A stretch of 49,544 bases of DNA, filler included, from Candidatus Methanoxibalbensis ujae (GTDB lineage Archaea; Halobacteriota; Syntropharchaeia; Alkanophagales; Methanospirareceae), in NCBI GenBank assembly GCA_026134085.1. It is 13 parts of 13 records of this genome, joined end to end, with 100 filler letters (N's around TTAATTAATTAA, not from the genome) between each part and the next. Parts side by side here need not be neighbours in the genome. Positions count along the whole stretch, not along the records: positions 26,373 to 30,548 come from JAOQIN010000076.1; positions 30,649 to 33,990 come from JAOQIN010000078.1; positions 34,091 to 37,287 come from JAOQIN010000080.1; positions 37,388 to 40,277 come from JAOQIN010000081.1; 9 more parts are not named here. The stretch is one strand, 5' to 3'. Below the pieces are notes generated by a model that searched no databases, was not told where the DNA came from, and worked only from the letters and a program-made list of their open reading frames with translations. Both the position numbers and the translations under genes were made by a program. Positions 28,413 through 38,287 of the stretch are shown here, piece after piece; positions within the stretch are counted from its first letter, which is position 1; each line of letters opens with the position of its first letter.

Positions 28413-29217
28413 GTGCATTATATAGGATTGGATGCACATAAAAAGCTGAGCTACCATTCGATGGGAGACAGCAGGGGAACAGAAAAGAGAGGTCCAACGA
28501 CATGCGAAGGTTTGGACGAATTTGCGAGCAAGCTGCCCGAAGATGCAAAAGTAGCGATCGAAGTGTCGACTTCGGGTGTTTTTGAGCATAAGTATCCGGA
28601 TGAGAGGGGGATAGAGGTGCATTTGGCACATCCTGTTTATGTCAAGCCGTTTGCAAAGAAGCATGTGAAAGATAAGGTGAATGCCGGGGTGTTAGCGCAA
28701 TTGTTGAGTATGGATTACTCGCCGGTATGTTCCAGATGTAAGGGACCAGAAAGTTTTGATTCGGCATGGTGTTGAAAGTGCTGAAAGAGAGGATTGAAGA
28801 GATGGAGGATATCCTGAAGGAGAAAACGAAGATAACTCCCGTCCGGCATAAAATACCACAATATCCTGCTAATGCTAAGCGAATTGGTAGAGATAAAGAC
28901 AGCAACCCGAAGAGTATGGTTAGCCGGACCGGCACCAAAAGTGGAGCAACAGATTATACGAGATATGGGCTGTGTGGCTCTGCCCCACGACCAAAGTAAT
29001 AAACAAGCACAGCAATGGGTTCGGTGGGCATTCATTCAGAGTTCAGAGTGCAAGGGCAGCAGTGCGTTCTTCTAAACCAAATCGCTTCCAGAGAATATAC
29101 AACAAAATAAAAGCGAGGAGAGGAGAAAAAGTGGCAATCATTGCAACAGCTCGCCACATGGCAGAATCGGTCCACTGGGTGCTGACAGGGAAGGAATACT
29201 ACAAAATAGGGCAATAA
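28413..29217 (+). pseudogene. IS110-family recombinase, fragmented
   Basis: YIGLDAHKK, VAIEVST, AHP...KHVKDKVNA.VLAQLL, VRWAFIQS, AAVRS...YNKIKARRGEKVAIIATARHMA, split over several frames. Confidence 0.82.
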
Positions 29218-29437
29218 GAGCCTCGTACTTTTCATGATCCCTTAGAATGATCCCTTAGAGGATGCCAAAATGAGTGAGGTGCCACCCTAACGACGCCATG
29301 TGCCGGAAAAGGCACGAGGAGATGAATGTATATATGGCGAAAAAGAAAAGAATTGGGAATGGAAAGGAGGAATGAACGGATAAGGAAATGATAATATAGC
29401 TGTGTACAGGTAAAATAGGTTGAGGTGTTTTTCAGAG

Positions 29438-30157
29438 ATGAACGGGATATATTTTTTGATAATTGCAGTAGTGGTTATTGCAGGGGTTGGATGCTCGTTC
29501 CTTTTCATGGATTTTGGAGCATCGAGAAGTGAAACTTCAGTAAACTCAATGACGGCGAAGTTTGAATGGGGGGAAGAGGAGGCCAAAGTTTCAGGTGCCA
29601 AAGTTTCAGGTGATATCTATCTCTATGTGGATGGCGGAGAGGAGTTTGATAGCGTGCTGGGAGATGAGCTGGAGAGAGAGCTGGAGGGTATCGCTTGGAG
29701 ACTTATAGAAGTTGCAAAGCTTAAGGATGAGTTCGATGGGCAGCTTGTTGCAGTTACTGTAATTAGGAATGATATTGATTATACGCCTTTATATTCACGG
29801 GCAGAGATAAATGTTTTATATTTCTTTTCATCCTCCGGTGAAAGTGAGTATTTCAAGAAGTTCAAAAGAGAGAAGTCGGGAGGGAAGGATGTTATCGTGA
29901 GGCACAACTGCAGCAAAGGACCTCAGATTATAAAGAAGGGAGAGATAAGTCTCAGAGATACAAGCTATGGTATCTTCTCTCCTAAGTATTACAAGAGGCA
30001 TCTTGCGGATAGGCTTGCGAGAGTGATACAAGCTGGGCTGAAGCAGGAGCTGAAAAATGGAGCGAGAACAGGATTGGCGCCAAAGGTAGAACAATCCGGA
30101 TGTGGGATAATCATTCACCCAAAATTTTCGCTGAATCGTCATAAAACCGTATCATAA
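29438..30157 (+). CDS. Membrane-anchored hypothetical protein
   Basis: GAGGTG upstream; N-terminal IYFLIIAVVVIAGVGCSFLF helix; 240 codons; family not recognised. Confidence 0.6.
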   Translation: MNGIYFLIIAVVVIAGVGCSFLFMDFGASRSETSVNSMTAKFEWGEEEAKVSGAKVSGDIYLYVDGGEEFDSVLGDELERELEGIAWRLIEVAKLKDEFDGQLVAVTVIRNDIDYTPLYSRAEINVLYFFSSSGESEYFKKFKREKSGGKDVIVRHNCSKGPQIIKKGEISLRDTSYGIFSPKYYKRHLADRLARVIQAGLKQELKNGARTGLAPKVEQSGCGIIIHPKFSLNRHKTVS

Positions 30158-30170
30158 CTTTGTCACTTCA

Positions 30171-30356
30171 TTATCCTCGCCTAATGTGAACGTTCTTATT
30201 TGTTTGCTCACTTTGCCTTCTTTCACGATGTTCATTTCCAAAAGCGGCTCGATCTCGTGCAACGCTGGAGTGAGAAAGTCCGGTCTCCTCCGCGATACCT
30301 GAGAGATAGGTTGTCGTGCCACGATTTCTTATTAAATGCAGAAACGGAGGACCCAC
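30171..30356 (-). pseudogene. Decayed winged-HTH regulator
   Basis: TYLSGIAEETGLSHSSVAR helix-turn-helix, then a frameshift; the alternate frame gives IEPLLEMNIV. Confidence 0.5.
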
Positions 30357-30375
30357 TTCACGGATTCAACATACA

Positions 30376-30548
30376 GCCACAACTCCGAGAGTGGTAAATG
30401 CAACCGACTATATCTGCCGCCATTGGAATGACCCCAATGACGATCCAGGGTGGAGACCGAATAACTATCATGCAATGTATACCACGATGAAGGGGCTCAC
30501 ATCGCTTGATATCCATGATATATGCGGATATGACTGGCAAGCTGAATT
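30376..30548 (+). pseudogene. Internal fragment of an alpha/alpha-toroid (prenyltransferase/squalene-cyclase-repeat-like) surface protein
   Basis: PRVVNATDYICRHWND...GW...NYHAMYTTMKGL...DW; no credible start; runs into the contig end. Confidence 0.4.
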
Positions 30549-30789
30549 NNNNNNNNNNNNNNNNNNNNNNNNNNNNNNNNNNNNNNNNNNNNTTAATTAA
30601 TTAANNNNNNNNNNNNNNNNNNNNNNNNNNNNNNNNNNNNNNNNNNNNTGAGGTCCTCTGGGTTATTGTGTAAACAAGCCATTGCCGGAGCCGTGATGAA
30701 GGCATAAAGCTCCCAAGGTGGGTGTGGTTTACTTATAACCCAAAACAACAAATGCGATATGCCCGGTTTTTTCATCTCTGTTCTGTTTT

Positions 30790-31224
30790 TCATTTTTTAT
30801 ATCTCACGCCTTTTATTGCGAGCGTCTGCCTGTATATCTGTTCAAGCAGCATTATACGAAAGAGATCATGCGTGAAAACAAGCTTTGAAAAAGATATGCG
30901 CTCTCCTCTTACCGATGGAGACACGCCATAAGGCCCGCCAACCACTATGGAGATGTCATCATATAGCGATCTTTTCACAATGGAAAGCATGAAATCGTCA
31001 TTTATGAGGATTCCTTTGGGATCTGTCACATAGGACTTTCCTTTCAACAATCTATCTATGCGCCTTGCCTCTTCTTTCAGACGTCGGTCTGCAGGAAGCG
31101 ATTTCTCAGCCACCTGAAATATCTCAATTTTCATCAACATGCGTAATTTCCGCACGAGGTCCTCCTCAATACTGCGATAATGAGCGGAAGGACTCCCAAC
31201 AAAAATAACACGCATCATAGCCAT
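30790..31224 (-). CDS. rlmH: 23S rRNA m3Psi1915 methyltransferase RlmH-like (SPOUT)
   Basis: DPKG, IVVGGPYG, ISFSKLVFTHDLFRIMLLEQIYR...GVRY. Confidence 0.85.
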   Translation of the reverse strand: MAMMRVIFVGSPSAHYRSIEEDLVRKLRMLMKIEIFQVAEKSLPADRRLKEEARRIDRLLKGKSYVTDPKGILINDDFMLSIVKRSLYDDISIVVGGPYGVSPSVRGERISFSKLVFTHDLFRIMLLEQIYRQTLAIKGVRYKK

Positions 31225-32051
31225 GAGCCTCTGCGGATGAATCTGAGGCTTTCAATTCCGTCTTCAAATGAGAGCATCTCCGTCACAGCAATGCCTTTGA
31301 AGTTTCTGAGTGCGTCAAACACGATATCCCACTTCACATGACCTCTTCCGAGAGGGAGATGCTCGTCCTCCCTGCCAAAGTTGTCGCTGAGATGCACATG
31401 CAAGATGCGCTTATCATATGCTGTGCTGCTGTCAGTTTTGTTTTTGAGAAGAAGCATGAAATCATGCAGTGTGCCTGTTGTGAAAGCGTGACCGACATCA
31501 AGACAGATTCCTATGTTCTCAGTGCCTGTGGCGATAACAGCGTCAATGAGCGTTATGAGTTCATCTGGCGTTCTGCCGAGCATCATGTCCTCGGGGGTCA
31601 TGTTCTCAACAGCGATGGACATGCCGAAATCAGCAGCGAGATCGCATATTTCCTTCAGTGCATCCACCTGACGATGCAGCACGATGTGTGAGGGCATCTG
31701 AATGCTTAGCGGCGAATGCGTGCCCGGATGCACAACACATATCTCAGATACAAACTCATGCGCATAGGAGATCGCCTGTTTCACCTGCCTCACGCTCTCA
31801 CGCCATATTCCATCGTTCAGTGATGCGATGTTTATGTCTGAAAGAGGTGCGTGCAGCGAGATCGTGAGAGATGTTGTGTCGTGTATTTGCTTGAGGTGTT
31901 CCCTCAGCTGTTCCGATGTTCGTATGTCCTGCTTTCCCTCTGAAATGATCTCCAAACCGTCAAATCCCGCGTCGTCCACGCGATATATCCAGTTCAGAGG
32001 ATCGCTCGCAGCATCTATACAGGAGAATGAAATCCTCATTTCCCGCATCAT
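31215..32051 (-). CDS. Sugar-phosphate isomerase/epimerase (xylose isomerase-like TIM barrel)
   Basis: LHAPLSDINIAS, VVHPG, AVENM, CLDVGHA, HVHLSDN...DEHLPLG.G. Confidence 0.88.
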   Translation of the reverse strand: MMREMRISFSCIDAASDPLNWIYRVDDAGFDGLEIISEGKQDIRTSEQLREHLKQIHDTTSLTISLHAPLSDINIASLNDGIWRESVRQVKQAISYAHEFVSEICVVHPGTHSPLSIQMPSHIVLHRQVDALKEICDLAADFGMSIAVENMTPEDMMLGRTPDELITLIDAVIATGTENIGICLDVGHAFTTGTLHDFMLLLKNKTDSSTAYDKRILHVHLSDNFGREDEHLPLGRGHVKWDIVFDALRNFKGIAVTEMLSFEDGIESLRFIRRGSWL

Positions 32052-32247
32052 ATCTTCACCCCTCTTATATAAGTGCCACTACACATTCAACCATCATAAG
32101 TGGGTGCAATTGGAAATGGAAGGATGGATGAGGAAATGGAAGGAAAGTAACGGACTGTGCAGGGAGAAACAACAGGAGAACAAAAAAAAGAACAGAAGTT
32201 TTTAATTGAAAAAATGGCAGAAAAAATGGCAATAAAATATGTGCTGA

Positions 32248-33534
32248 ATGCTATGTGCAATGGGAGAGATGAAATCAGAAAGTCTTTATGAGGAGGCTCT
32301 GAAGCACATTCCGGGAGGCGTCAGCAGTCCGGTGAGGGCGTTCAGGCCATTTCCGTTTTTCACAGCATATGCGAAAGGCTCACGCATATATGATGTTGAC
32401 GGCCGCTCTTTCATTGACTACTGCCTCGCATATGGTCCGCTTGTGCTCGGTCATCGCAATGAAGAGGTGATGAACGCTGTGAAGGAGCAGTTGGAGAGGG
32501 GCTGGCTCTTCGGAACGCCTCATGAGGCCGAGATAGCGCTTGCAAAGTTGGTGAAGCGGTGTTTTCCATCAATAGATATGGTTCGTTTCGTGAACACGGG
32601 CAGCGAGGCCACTATGTCAGCGATGAGGGTTGCGAGAGGATTCACAGAGCGCGATAAGATCGTCAAGATAGAAGGAGGATTTCACGGCGCTCACGATGGT
32701 GTGCTCGTCAAGGCGGGCTCAGGCGCAACAACTTTCGGCATACCTGACTCAAAGGGCGTTCCCGCTGATATGGTGAAGAACACAATTCAGATACCTTTCA
32801 ACGATGTTGAGATGTTGAGCTATGTGATAGAGCGTCAGCGAGAGGAGATTGCAGCACTCATCATTGAGCCTGTTCTCGGAAACACAGGCGTCATACCTCC
32901 TGAAAATGGCTATCTGAATGAAGTTCGCAGAATAACCGCTGAGAACGATGTGCTCCTCATTTTTGATGAGATAATCACGGGATTCAGACTTGCTCCGGGC
33001 GGAGCTCAGGAGTTTTACGGCGTCAACGCAGACATCACGACTCTCGGAAAAATACTCGGCGGTGGATTTCCCATAGGCGCTTTCGGCGGCAAGCGCGAGA
33101 TAATGGAGCTCGTCGCTCCTTCAGGTCCTGTGTATCAGGCAGGAACATTCTCAGGAAATCCCGTGTCCGTCTCAGCCGGATTGAGGACAATTGAGATACT
33201 GCTGAGGGAGCAAGTGCATGCGAAAATAAATGAGAAAGGAGAGAGAATCAGAAAGGCACTCACACAGATCGCAGAGAACAAAATACACGTAAGCGGCGTC
33301 GGCTCTATGTTTCAGATATTCTTCAGCGAAGGCACTGTCAAAAATTACGCAGATGCGCTTAAATGCGACAGGGAAAAATACATGCGGTTCTTCCATGAGA
33401 TGCTGAACGCAGGCATTTTTCTCGTCCCTTCTCAGTTTGAGACAAACTTCATAAGCTTCGCTCACTCAGACGATGATCTGACTCAGACAGAAGAAGCATT
33501 CAAAGAGAAACTGCCCCCCCTCATAAAGCCTTGA
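32248..33534 (+). CDS. hemL: Glutamate-1-semialdehyde 2,1-aminomutase
   Basis: [56 protein letters not shown]. Confidence 0.97.
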   Translation: MLCAMGEMKSESLYEEALKHIPGGVSSPVRAFRPFPFFTAYAKGSRIYDVDGRSFIDYCLAYGPLVLGHRNEEVMNAVKEQLERGWLFGTPHEAEIALAKLVKRCFPSIDMVRFVNTGSEATMSAMRVARGFTERDKIVKIEGGFHGAHDGVLVKAGSGATTFGIPDSKGVPADMVKNTIQIPFNDVEMLSYVIERQREEIAALIIEPVLGNTGVIPPENGYLNEVRRITAENDVLLIFDEIITGFRLAPGGAQEFYGVNADITTLGKILGGGFPIGAFGGKREIMELVAPSGPVYQAGTFSGNPVSVSAGLRTIEILLREQVHAKINEKGERIRKALTQIAENKIHVSGVGSMFQIFFSEGTVKNYADALKCDREKYMRFFHEMLNAGIFLVPSQFETNFISFAHSDDDLTQTEEAFKEKLPPLIKP

Positions 33535-34090
33535 TCTTGATCCTGATCCTGATCTGATCCTGATCCACTCATCTCATTTCTCTCATGACGCGCTCTATCT
33601 CTATAAAAATGTTGCTGAGAGTGCCACCGCAATCGGTGGGTGAATTGGGAGGAGGTGGATACTTGATCTGAAAATTATTCAACAGAGAAAACCCAGATAA
33701 TCCAGAATTACTTGATGAACTCATGCCTGAATTTCGCAATGTGTTCGACCGAGCAAAAAGCTGAACACAACAAACAGAAACAGGAGAAGTATCCCGGGCT
33801 CATCCAGAACACAAGCAAGGGAGAAAGCAAGGGAAGCTGTAATATGTTTTGAACTCAGGAGACAGGAAGTCTCCTTCCCAGAACCCACAATGCCCGTCAG
33901 GAAAGAGGGATACCAGGAATTCCCGCGGCAGACTTGAAGGGAGCGATTTGGATTTTGTCTCTACAACGCAGGGGTAAGTATGACATGGGANNNNNNNNNN
34001 NNNNNNNNNNNNNNNNNNNNNNNNNNNNNNNNNNTTAATTAATTAANNNNNNNNNNNNNNNNNNNNNNNNNNNNNNNNNNNNNNNNNNNN

Positions 34091-34222
34091 TGTTCCATTC
34101 CCTGGAACCCCTTATTCCATTTTCTGGAACGCCTGTTCCACCTCGCTGTTATATGCTGTTCCAGCGGAGGTCCGTATGGAGTGCTTTAACGCCGGGGGGG
34201 CGTGGCGCTCCTTAGGAGGTGA
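34091..34222 (+). promoter_or_regulatory. Operator-array promoter plus 5'UTR/RBS (copy B, continuation of 1-112)
   Basis: 34091-34167 is the reverse complement of 1-77; TTATAT at 34149-34154; GGAGGTG at 34215-34221. Confidence 0.75.
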
Positions 34223-34229
34223 GCGCGGG

Positions 34230-34787
34230 ATGAAGAAGAAAGCGACTGTTTTGGTTGCCCTGATAAGCATGTGCCTGATTGCGACGGCGGGGATCGGAGC
34301 GGTAAGCGCGAGTGATGAGCCAGTTGGTGACTACGTGATAACGATATTTAAGATAAACCCTGATGGAACCACTACGACGATTGAAACCTTCGAAAGCAGT
34401 GGTCCTATAGTGGTAAAGGAGACCATGAATGAAGACGGTAGCAGGAATATAATCAGGGAATACAGGGAAAGAACAGAAGACGAGCTCCATTTAGATGAAG
34501 CATGTATAACAACGGGGACATCAGAAACAGAAGTTCCGATGAGGATTGAGGAAGAAAACTTCACTATAGTAGTCGATACCCTGGAAAACCTCACTGCAGA
34601 TACTCTGATGCCTCTAAAGCCATCAAAAAAAATAGACGCATCGGCGAGGCAGATATACCACGAAGCATGCACATACAACCATGTAATAGGCAGTGGATGT
34701 TGCATATATGGGTACTGTTACTGCTGTGGCGTAGCTGCAGAGTCTTGTGACAGCTACCGGGCGTGCTACGGCTACAACTGTTGCTAA
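34230..34787 (+). CDS. Secreted precursor with acidic pro-region and C-terminal 10-Cys peptide
   Basis: Signal MKKKATVLVALISMCLIATAGIGAVSA; Glu/Thr-rich middle; ends CTYNHVIGSGCCIYGYCYCCGVAAESCDSYRACYGYNCC. Confidence 0.8.
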   Translation: MKKKATVLVALISMCLIATAGIGAVSASDEPVGDYVITIFKINPDGTTTTIETFESSGPIVVKETMNEDGSRNIIREYRERTEDELHLDEACITTGTSETEVPMRIEEENFTIVVDTLENLTADTLMPLKPSKKIDASARQIYHEACTYNHVIGSGCCIYGYCYCCGVAAESCDSYRACYGYNCC

Positions 34788-34826
34788 GAGGTCATAAGAT
34801 ATGGCAAAGGAATAAAATAAAAGTTT

Positions 34827-34858
34827 GGTGGGCTATTCATTTTTTGCCCACTTTTTTT
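34827..34858 (+). terminator. Hairpin plus T7
   Basis: GTGGGC...GCCCAC followed by TTTTTTT. Confidence 0.55.
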
Positions 34859-34913
34859 ATTTTCGGTGTCTGGAAAAAGAAAAAATGATGGGAAAAGGAG
34901 GTGAGAAGAAGAG

Positions 34914-35375
34914 ATGAAAATGGTAAGAATTAGTGTATCTGCGGTGATCATACTGATCGGAATATCAGTGGGGGTTGGTATAATTATTGCAAATAATAAG
35001 ATGCCGAAGATGATAATAGGCCCAGGAGGCGGCATATCCATTGATAACAGCACGATTGAACCTCCTAATAAGTCTAGTGGGGGATGGGGAGGGTATAACT
35101 ACACGATAGGCCCTAACGGCACAGTGATTAAAGGAACCCTTAACGAATCCAATATGCCCCATCTGGATAACATATCGAATAAAACATCACATTATGTTGA
35201 TTACTGGAATGCCACACCAAGCCCAAATGCTACATTAATAACGCCTGACATCGTATCCACACCATCTGCCACTGCACAGCATGGATCGCGCCAAATTCCA
35301 GGATTTAACGTGGGTTTAGCAATTGTAATGATACCGCTGGTATCCTGTCTAATGCGTAAAAAACGGGGTAGATAA
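34914..35375 (+). CDS. Small PGF-CTERM surface glycoprotein (archaeosortase substrate)
   Basis: N-terminal hydrophobic helix; many NxS/T sequons; ends IPGFNVGLAIVMIPLVSCLMRKKRGR (PGF, TM, basic tail). Confidence 0.82.
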   Translation: MKMVRISVSAVIILIGISVGVGIIIANNKMPKMIIGPGGGISIDNSTIEPPNKSSGGWGGYNYTIGPNGTVIKGTLNESNMPHLDNISNKTSHYVDYWNATPSPNATLITPDIVSTPSATAQHGSRQIPGFNVGLAIVMIPLVSCLMRKKRGR

Positions 35376-35390
35376 ACCACGAGATAAAAG

Positions 35391-35825
35391 GTGATGGAAA
35401 TGAACAAAAAAGAGATCATGGGGGTATTAGCAATAATAGGAGCGGGAATAGCATTCGTATATTTTGGAACGAATATTGGAGTGATGATTACGGGAGAGAA
35501 TGAAACAGTTCCGAGATTAACGGAAATCCCGTCTAAACCGGGTGAGATCATTATAGGAAAGAATGACACGGGAGAGATACCAGAATTAACAGAGGAGCAA
35601 AAAGAGAAGGCAAAAGAGATTGCTCTATCAGACCCCGAAGTGAGGAAGATAGTAGAGGGGAAAAGATATGAGATAAAAGTAACTCCAATGATAATGACAG
35701 TAATAAATGGAGAGACAAAGAAAACAACAAAAATCTCAGTAAATTTTGAATTCGAAGATGGAACGAGGATGAAAGTGTTTGTAGACTTGGATAAGGAAGA
35801 GGTAACAAGAATATGGTCGCAGTGA
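35391..35825 (+). CDS. Membrane-anchored PepSY-like domain protein
   Basis: TM GVLAIIGAGIAFVYFG; LTEEQKEKAKEIALSDPEVRKIVEGKRY...VFVDLDKEEVTRI. Confidence 0.7.
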   Translation: MMEMNKKEIMGVLAIIGAGIAFVYFGTNIGVMITGENETVPRLTEIPSKPGEIIIGKNDTGEIPELTEEQKEKAKEIALSDPEVRKIVEGKRYEIKVTPMIMTVINGETKKTTKISVNFEFEDGTRMKVFVDLDKEEVTRIWSQ

Positions 35826-35866
35826 TAAAACCACAAAGATATTATTTTTTGGAGGGGAGATAACGA

Positions 35867-36490
35867 ATGAAGATGATTTCTAAAAAATCAAAATGGTTTG
35901 TAATTCTGGGGATGATAGTAGTGTCAGTTACAGCAGCGGTATTCGCCGGTGCATATATCATCCAATCCCCAGCGCATATCGGTAATAACAGCAATATTAC
36001 TCATGACGGAAACAGAAACCAATCCATAAGCTATGCGACATATACGACTGCAAACTTCACGATGGACTATCCCGCTGACTGGACCGTGATTCCTATGGCA
36101 TCAAAAATTGTCTTCGTCTCGAAAACCGGATATGAAGGAGGATATATAACGTTAAATATACAACTTCTATCGTCTGTTGAAAGTGGAGGAATTTATAATT
36201 CAGTTGAGGACGTGGTGGCGGATTTAGTGCAGCGGTTTCCGGGAGATGTAAAAAACGTCAGTAATGTCAGTATAAACTATGAGCGAGAAGAGATGTTGGG
36301 TGGAACAAAAGGAATTGAAATAAGTATTTCATACACCGCTCACAATATAAGTTATACACAAACACAAATTATCGCACAAAAAGGTAAATATTTTTATGTG
36401 CTTACATATCATGCCCCCACAGCATATTACGGCGAGTATGAAGAGGCATACGAATATGCAAAGAAGCACTGGACCTGGAAATTTTCGTGA
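35867..36490 (+). CDS. PsbP/Mog1-like extracytoplasmic protein
   Basis: Signal/TM; FTMDYPADWTV; LGG.KG..I.Y; YFYVLTY.AP...Y. Confidence 0.72.
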   Translation: MKMISKKSKWFVILGMIVVSVTAAVFAGAYIIQSPAHIGNNSNITHDGNRNQSISYATYTTANFTMDYPADWTVIPMASKIVFVSKTGYEGGYITLNIQLLSSVESGGIYNSVEDVVADLVQRFPGDVKNVSNVSINYEREEMLGGTKGIEISISYTAHNISYTQTQIIAQKGKYFYVLTYHAPTAYYGEYEEAYEYAKKHWTWKFS

Positions 36491-36516
36491 TAACTAAAAG
36501 GAGGTGATATAAAAAA

Positions 36517-37287
36517 ATGGAAGAAAAGGGCATTGCCATATTGGGAGTACTGGCATTTATAGGGATAGGTATGGCTTTCCTTTTCGTCGGGCTCATGGTC
36601 GGCGAAACAGGAAAGCCTCATGAGGATGTATGGATGTATCAGAATCTGGCGAAAGCAGCACAAACAGTGCAAATGCCGATGCTGACTGAAGAACAGCAAC
36701 AGAAAGCGATTGAAATCGCAAAGCAGAATGAAACCGTTAGACAATACTTAGAACGGGGATACAAGATGCTCGGCATAAGTTCAACTTTTGGCAATATATC
36801 TGATGGTGAAACAGCAATAACAGATGTATATGTCACCCTCAACAGGGATAAAGACTGGGTATTCGCAAATGTAAACCTGAACAAAGAGAAGGTCACAGGA
36901 ATACTCAAGTCACATGGAGAAATTGCGGGATTGGAGATGCGAGAAGATGGCGAGATCAAAGCAGTGAATGAGACCGAGCTAAGAATAGCGATTGTAGGCG
37001 GGGAGGGCAAGCTGATAAGGGCTCCGAAAGTGCGGGAATTGACTGAAGAAGAGCGCGAGAGAGCAGGAGAAATTGCCCTCTCGGACCCGGAGGTGCAGAA
37101 CATCATAAACGGGAAGAGTTACGAGATGAAGATAAGACCAGCGGGTGTAATTATAACAAACGAAGCAGGAGAGGTGGAAACGAAATTTAACGGTGCATCA
37201 GTAATGTTCGAGCTGGAAGATGGAACGATATACTTCGTGCATGTGGACCTGGAGAAAGGAAAGGTGATAAGGGTAAGTCCACCGCTC
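36517..37287 (+). CDS. Membrane-anchored protein with two PepSY-like domains (3' end at contig edge)
   Basis: TM GVLAFIGIGMAFLFVG; LTEEQQQKAIEIAKQNETV...VNLNKEKV and LTEEERERAGEIALSDPEV...VDLEKGKV. Confidence 0.7.
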
Positions 37288-37387
37288 NNNNNNNNNNNNN
37301 NNNNNNNNNNNNNNNNNNNNNNNNNNNNNNNTTAATTAATTAANNNNNNNNNNNNNNNNNNNNNNNNNNNNNNNNNNNNNNNNNNNN

Positions 37388-38209
37388 GTGCTGATGACAA
37401 TTGCAGTGGTCGCTGTAGGTATCATCGCTATGCCGAGCACAATCTCGCTGTTCGCAGGGCAACATGCGTGGTATAACATCAGTGGTGAGGGAAATGAGGT
37501 GCCCTGTGTGAAGTGCCACGCTGATGTTTATGAGGAGTTCAAGCAGAGTGACGTTCATAAGACATTGGCAGGAGGGTCGGGTGCAAAAAGCTGGGATTTT
37601 GGCACTGATTATGAGGTGAACAAGGCTTGCGGCGCATGTCATCGGGCTGCATATGAAGAACTTGGAAAAATCACATATGCGGAGGGTGATGGCGAGGCGG
37701 CAACTCCCGGTGTGCAGGCGCACGCAGCATCCACAGTCGCATGCATGGCATGTCATCAAGTAGAAGGAAATTACACGAATGCACCACCAGCTGGAGGTTT
37801 TGAGGATCCATATAACAATTCATCAGGACTCGGAATCACAGATGGCATGCCTGCTGACCCTGTTACTGGTTTCAACTTCTCATACAACAGTAGCGATTAT
37901 CCAGGAGGTCATGCCGCCCACCAGGGCTTCATAGAGGGTGCGATAGCATTCGAGAGGATGGAGGACTCAAATGAGGCATGCATAGCATGCCATACGCACG
38001 TCCCGGTGAAGATATCATGGAAACACGCATACAGTCTTGAGTTCAACGCCACATATGACCCGAGCCTGTTGCTTCCGCCCACGCACTTCAACACTTCAAA
38101 CTATGATACAAACGGCACAATACTTGTGATATCCTACGGTAACCACAGTGGTGAATCAAAGGTGGGTAGTTGGCCAGAGGGCAACGTCTCAATATGGGAT
38201 GGGAAGTGA
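37388..38209 (+). CDS. Tetraheme c-type cytochrome (5' end at contig edge)
   Basis: CVKCH, CGACH, CMACH, CIACH; leader ending PSTISLFAGQH. Confidence 0.9.
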   Translation: MLMTIAVVAVGIIAMPSTISLFAGQHAWYNISGEGNEVPCVKCHADVYEEFKQSDVHKTLAGGSGAKSWDFGTDYEVNKACGACHRAAYEELGKITYAEGDGEAATPGVQAHAASTVACMACHQVEGNYTNAPPAGGFEDPYNNSSGLGITDGMPADPVTGFNFSYNSSDYPGGHAAHQGFIEGAIAFERMEDSNEACIACHTHVPVKISWKHAYSLEFNATYDPSLLLPPTHFNTSNYDTNGTILVISYGNHSGESKVGSWPEGNVSIWDGK

Positions 38210-38287
38210 AGGCATGAATAGCCGTTGTTTTCCTCTTTTCTTTTCTTCTTTTTTCCTTGTCATATAGATGAATAGGGGGTGAAGATA

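Noticed and set aside
33600..33990. Possible decayed ORF after hemL
   Set aside because: Fragments are too short and interrupted to assign.
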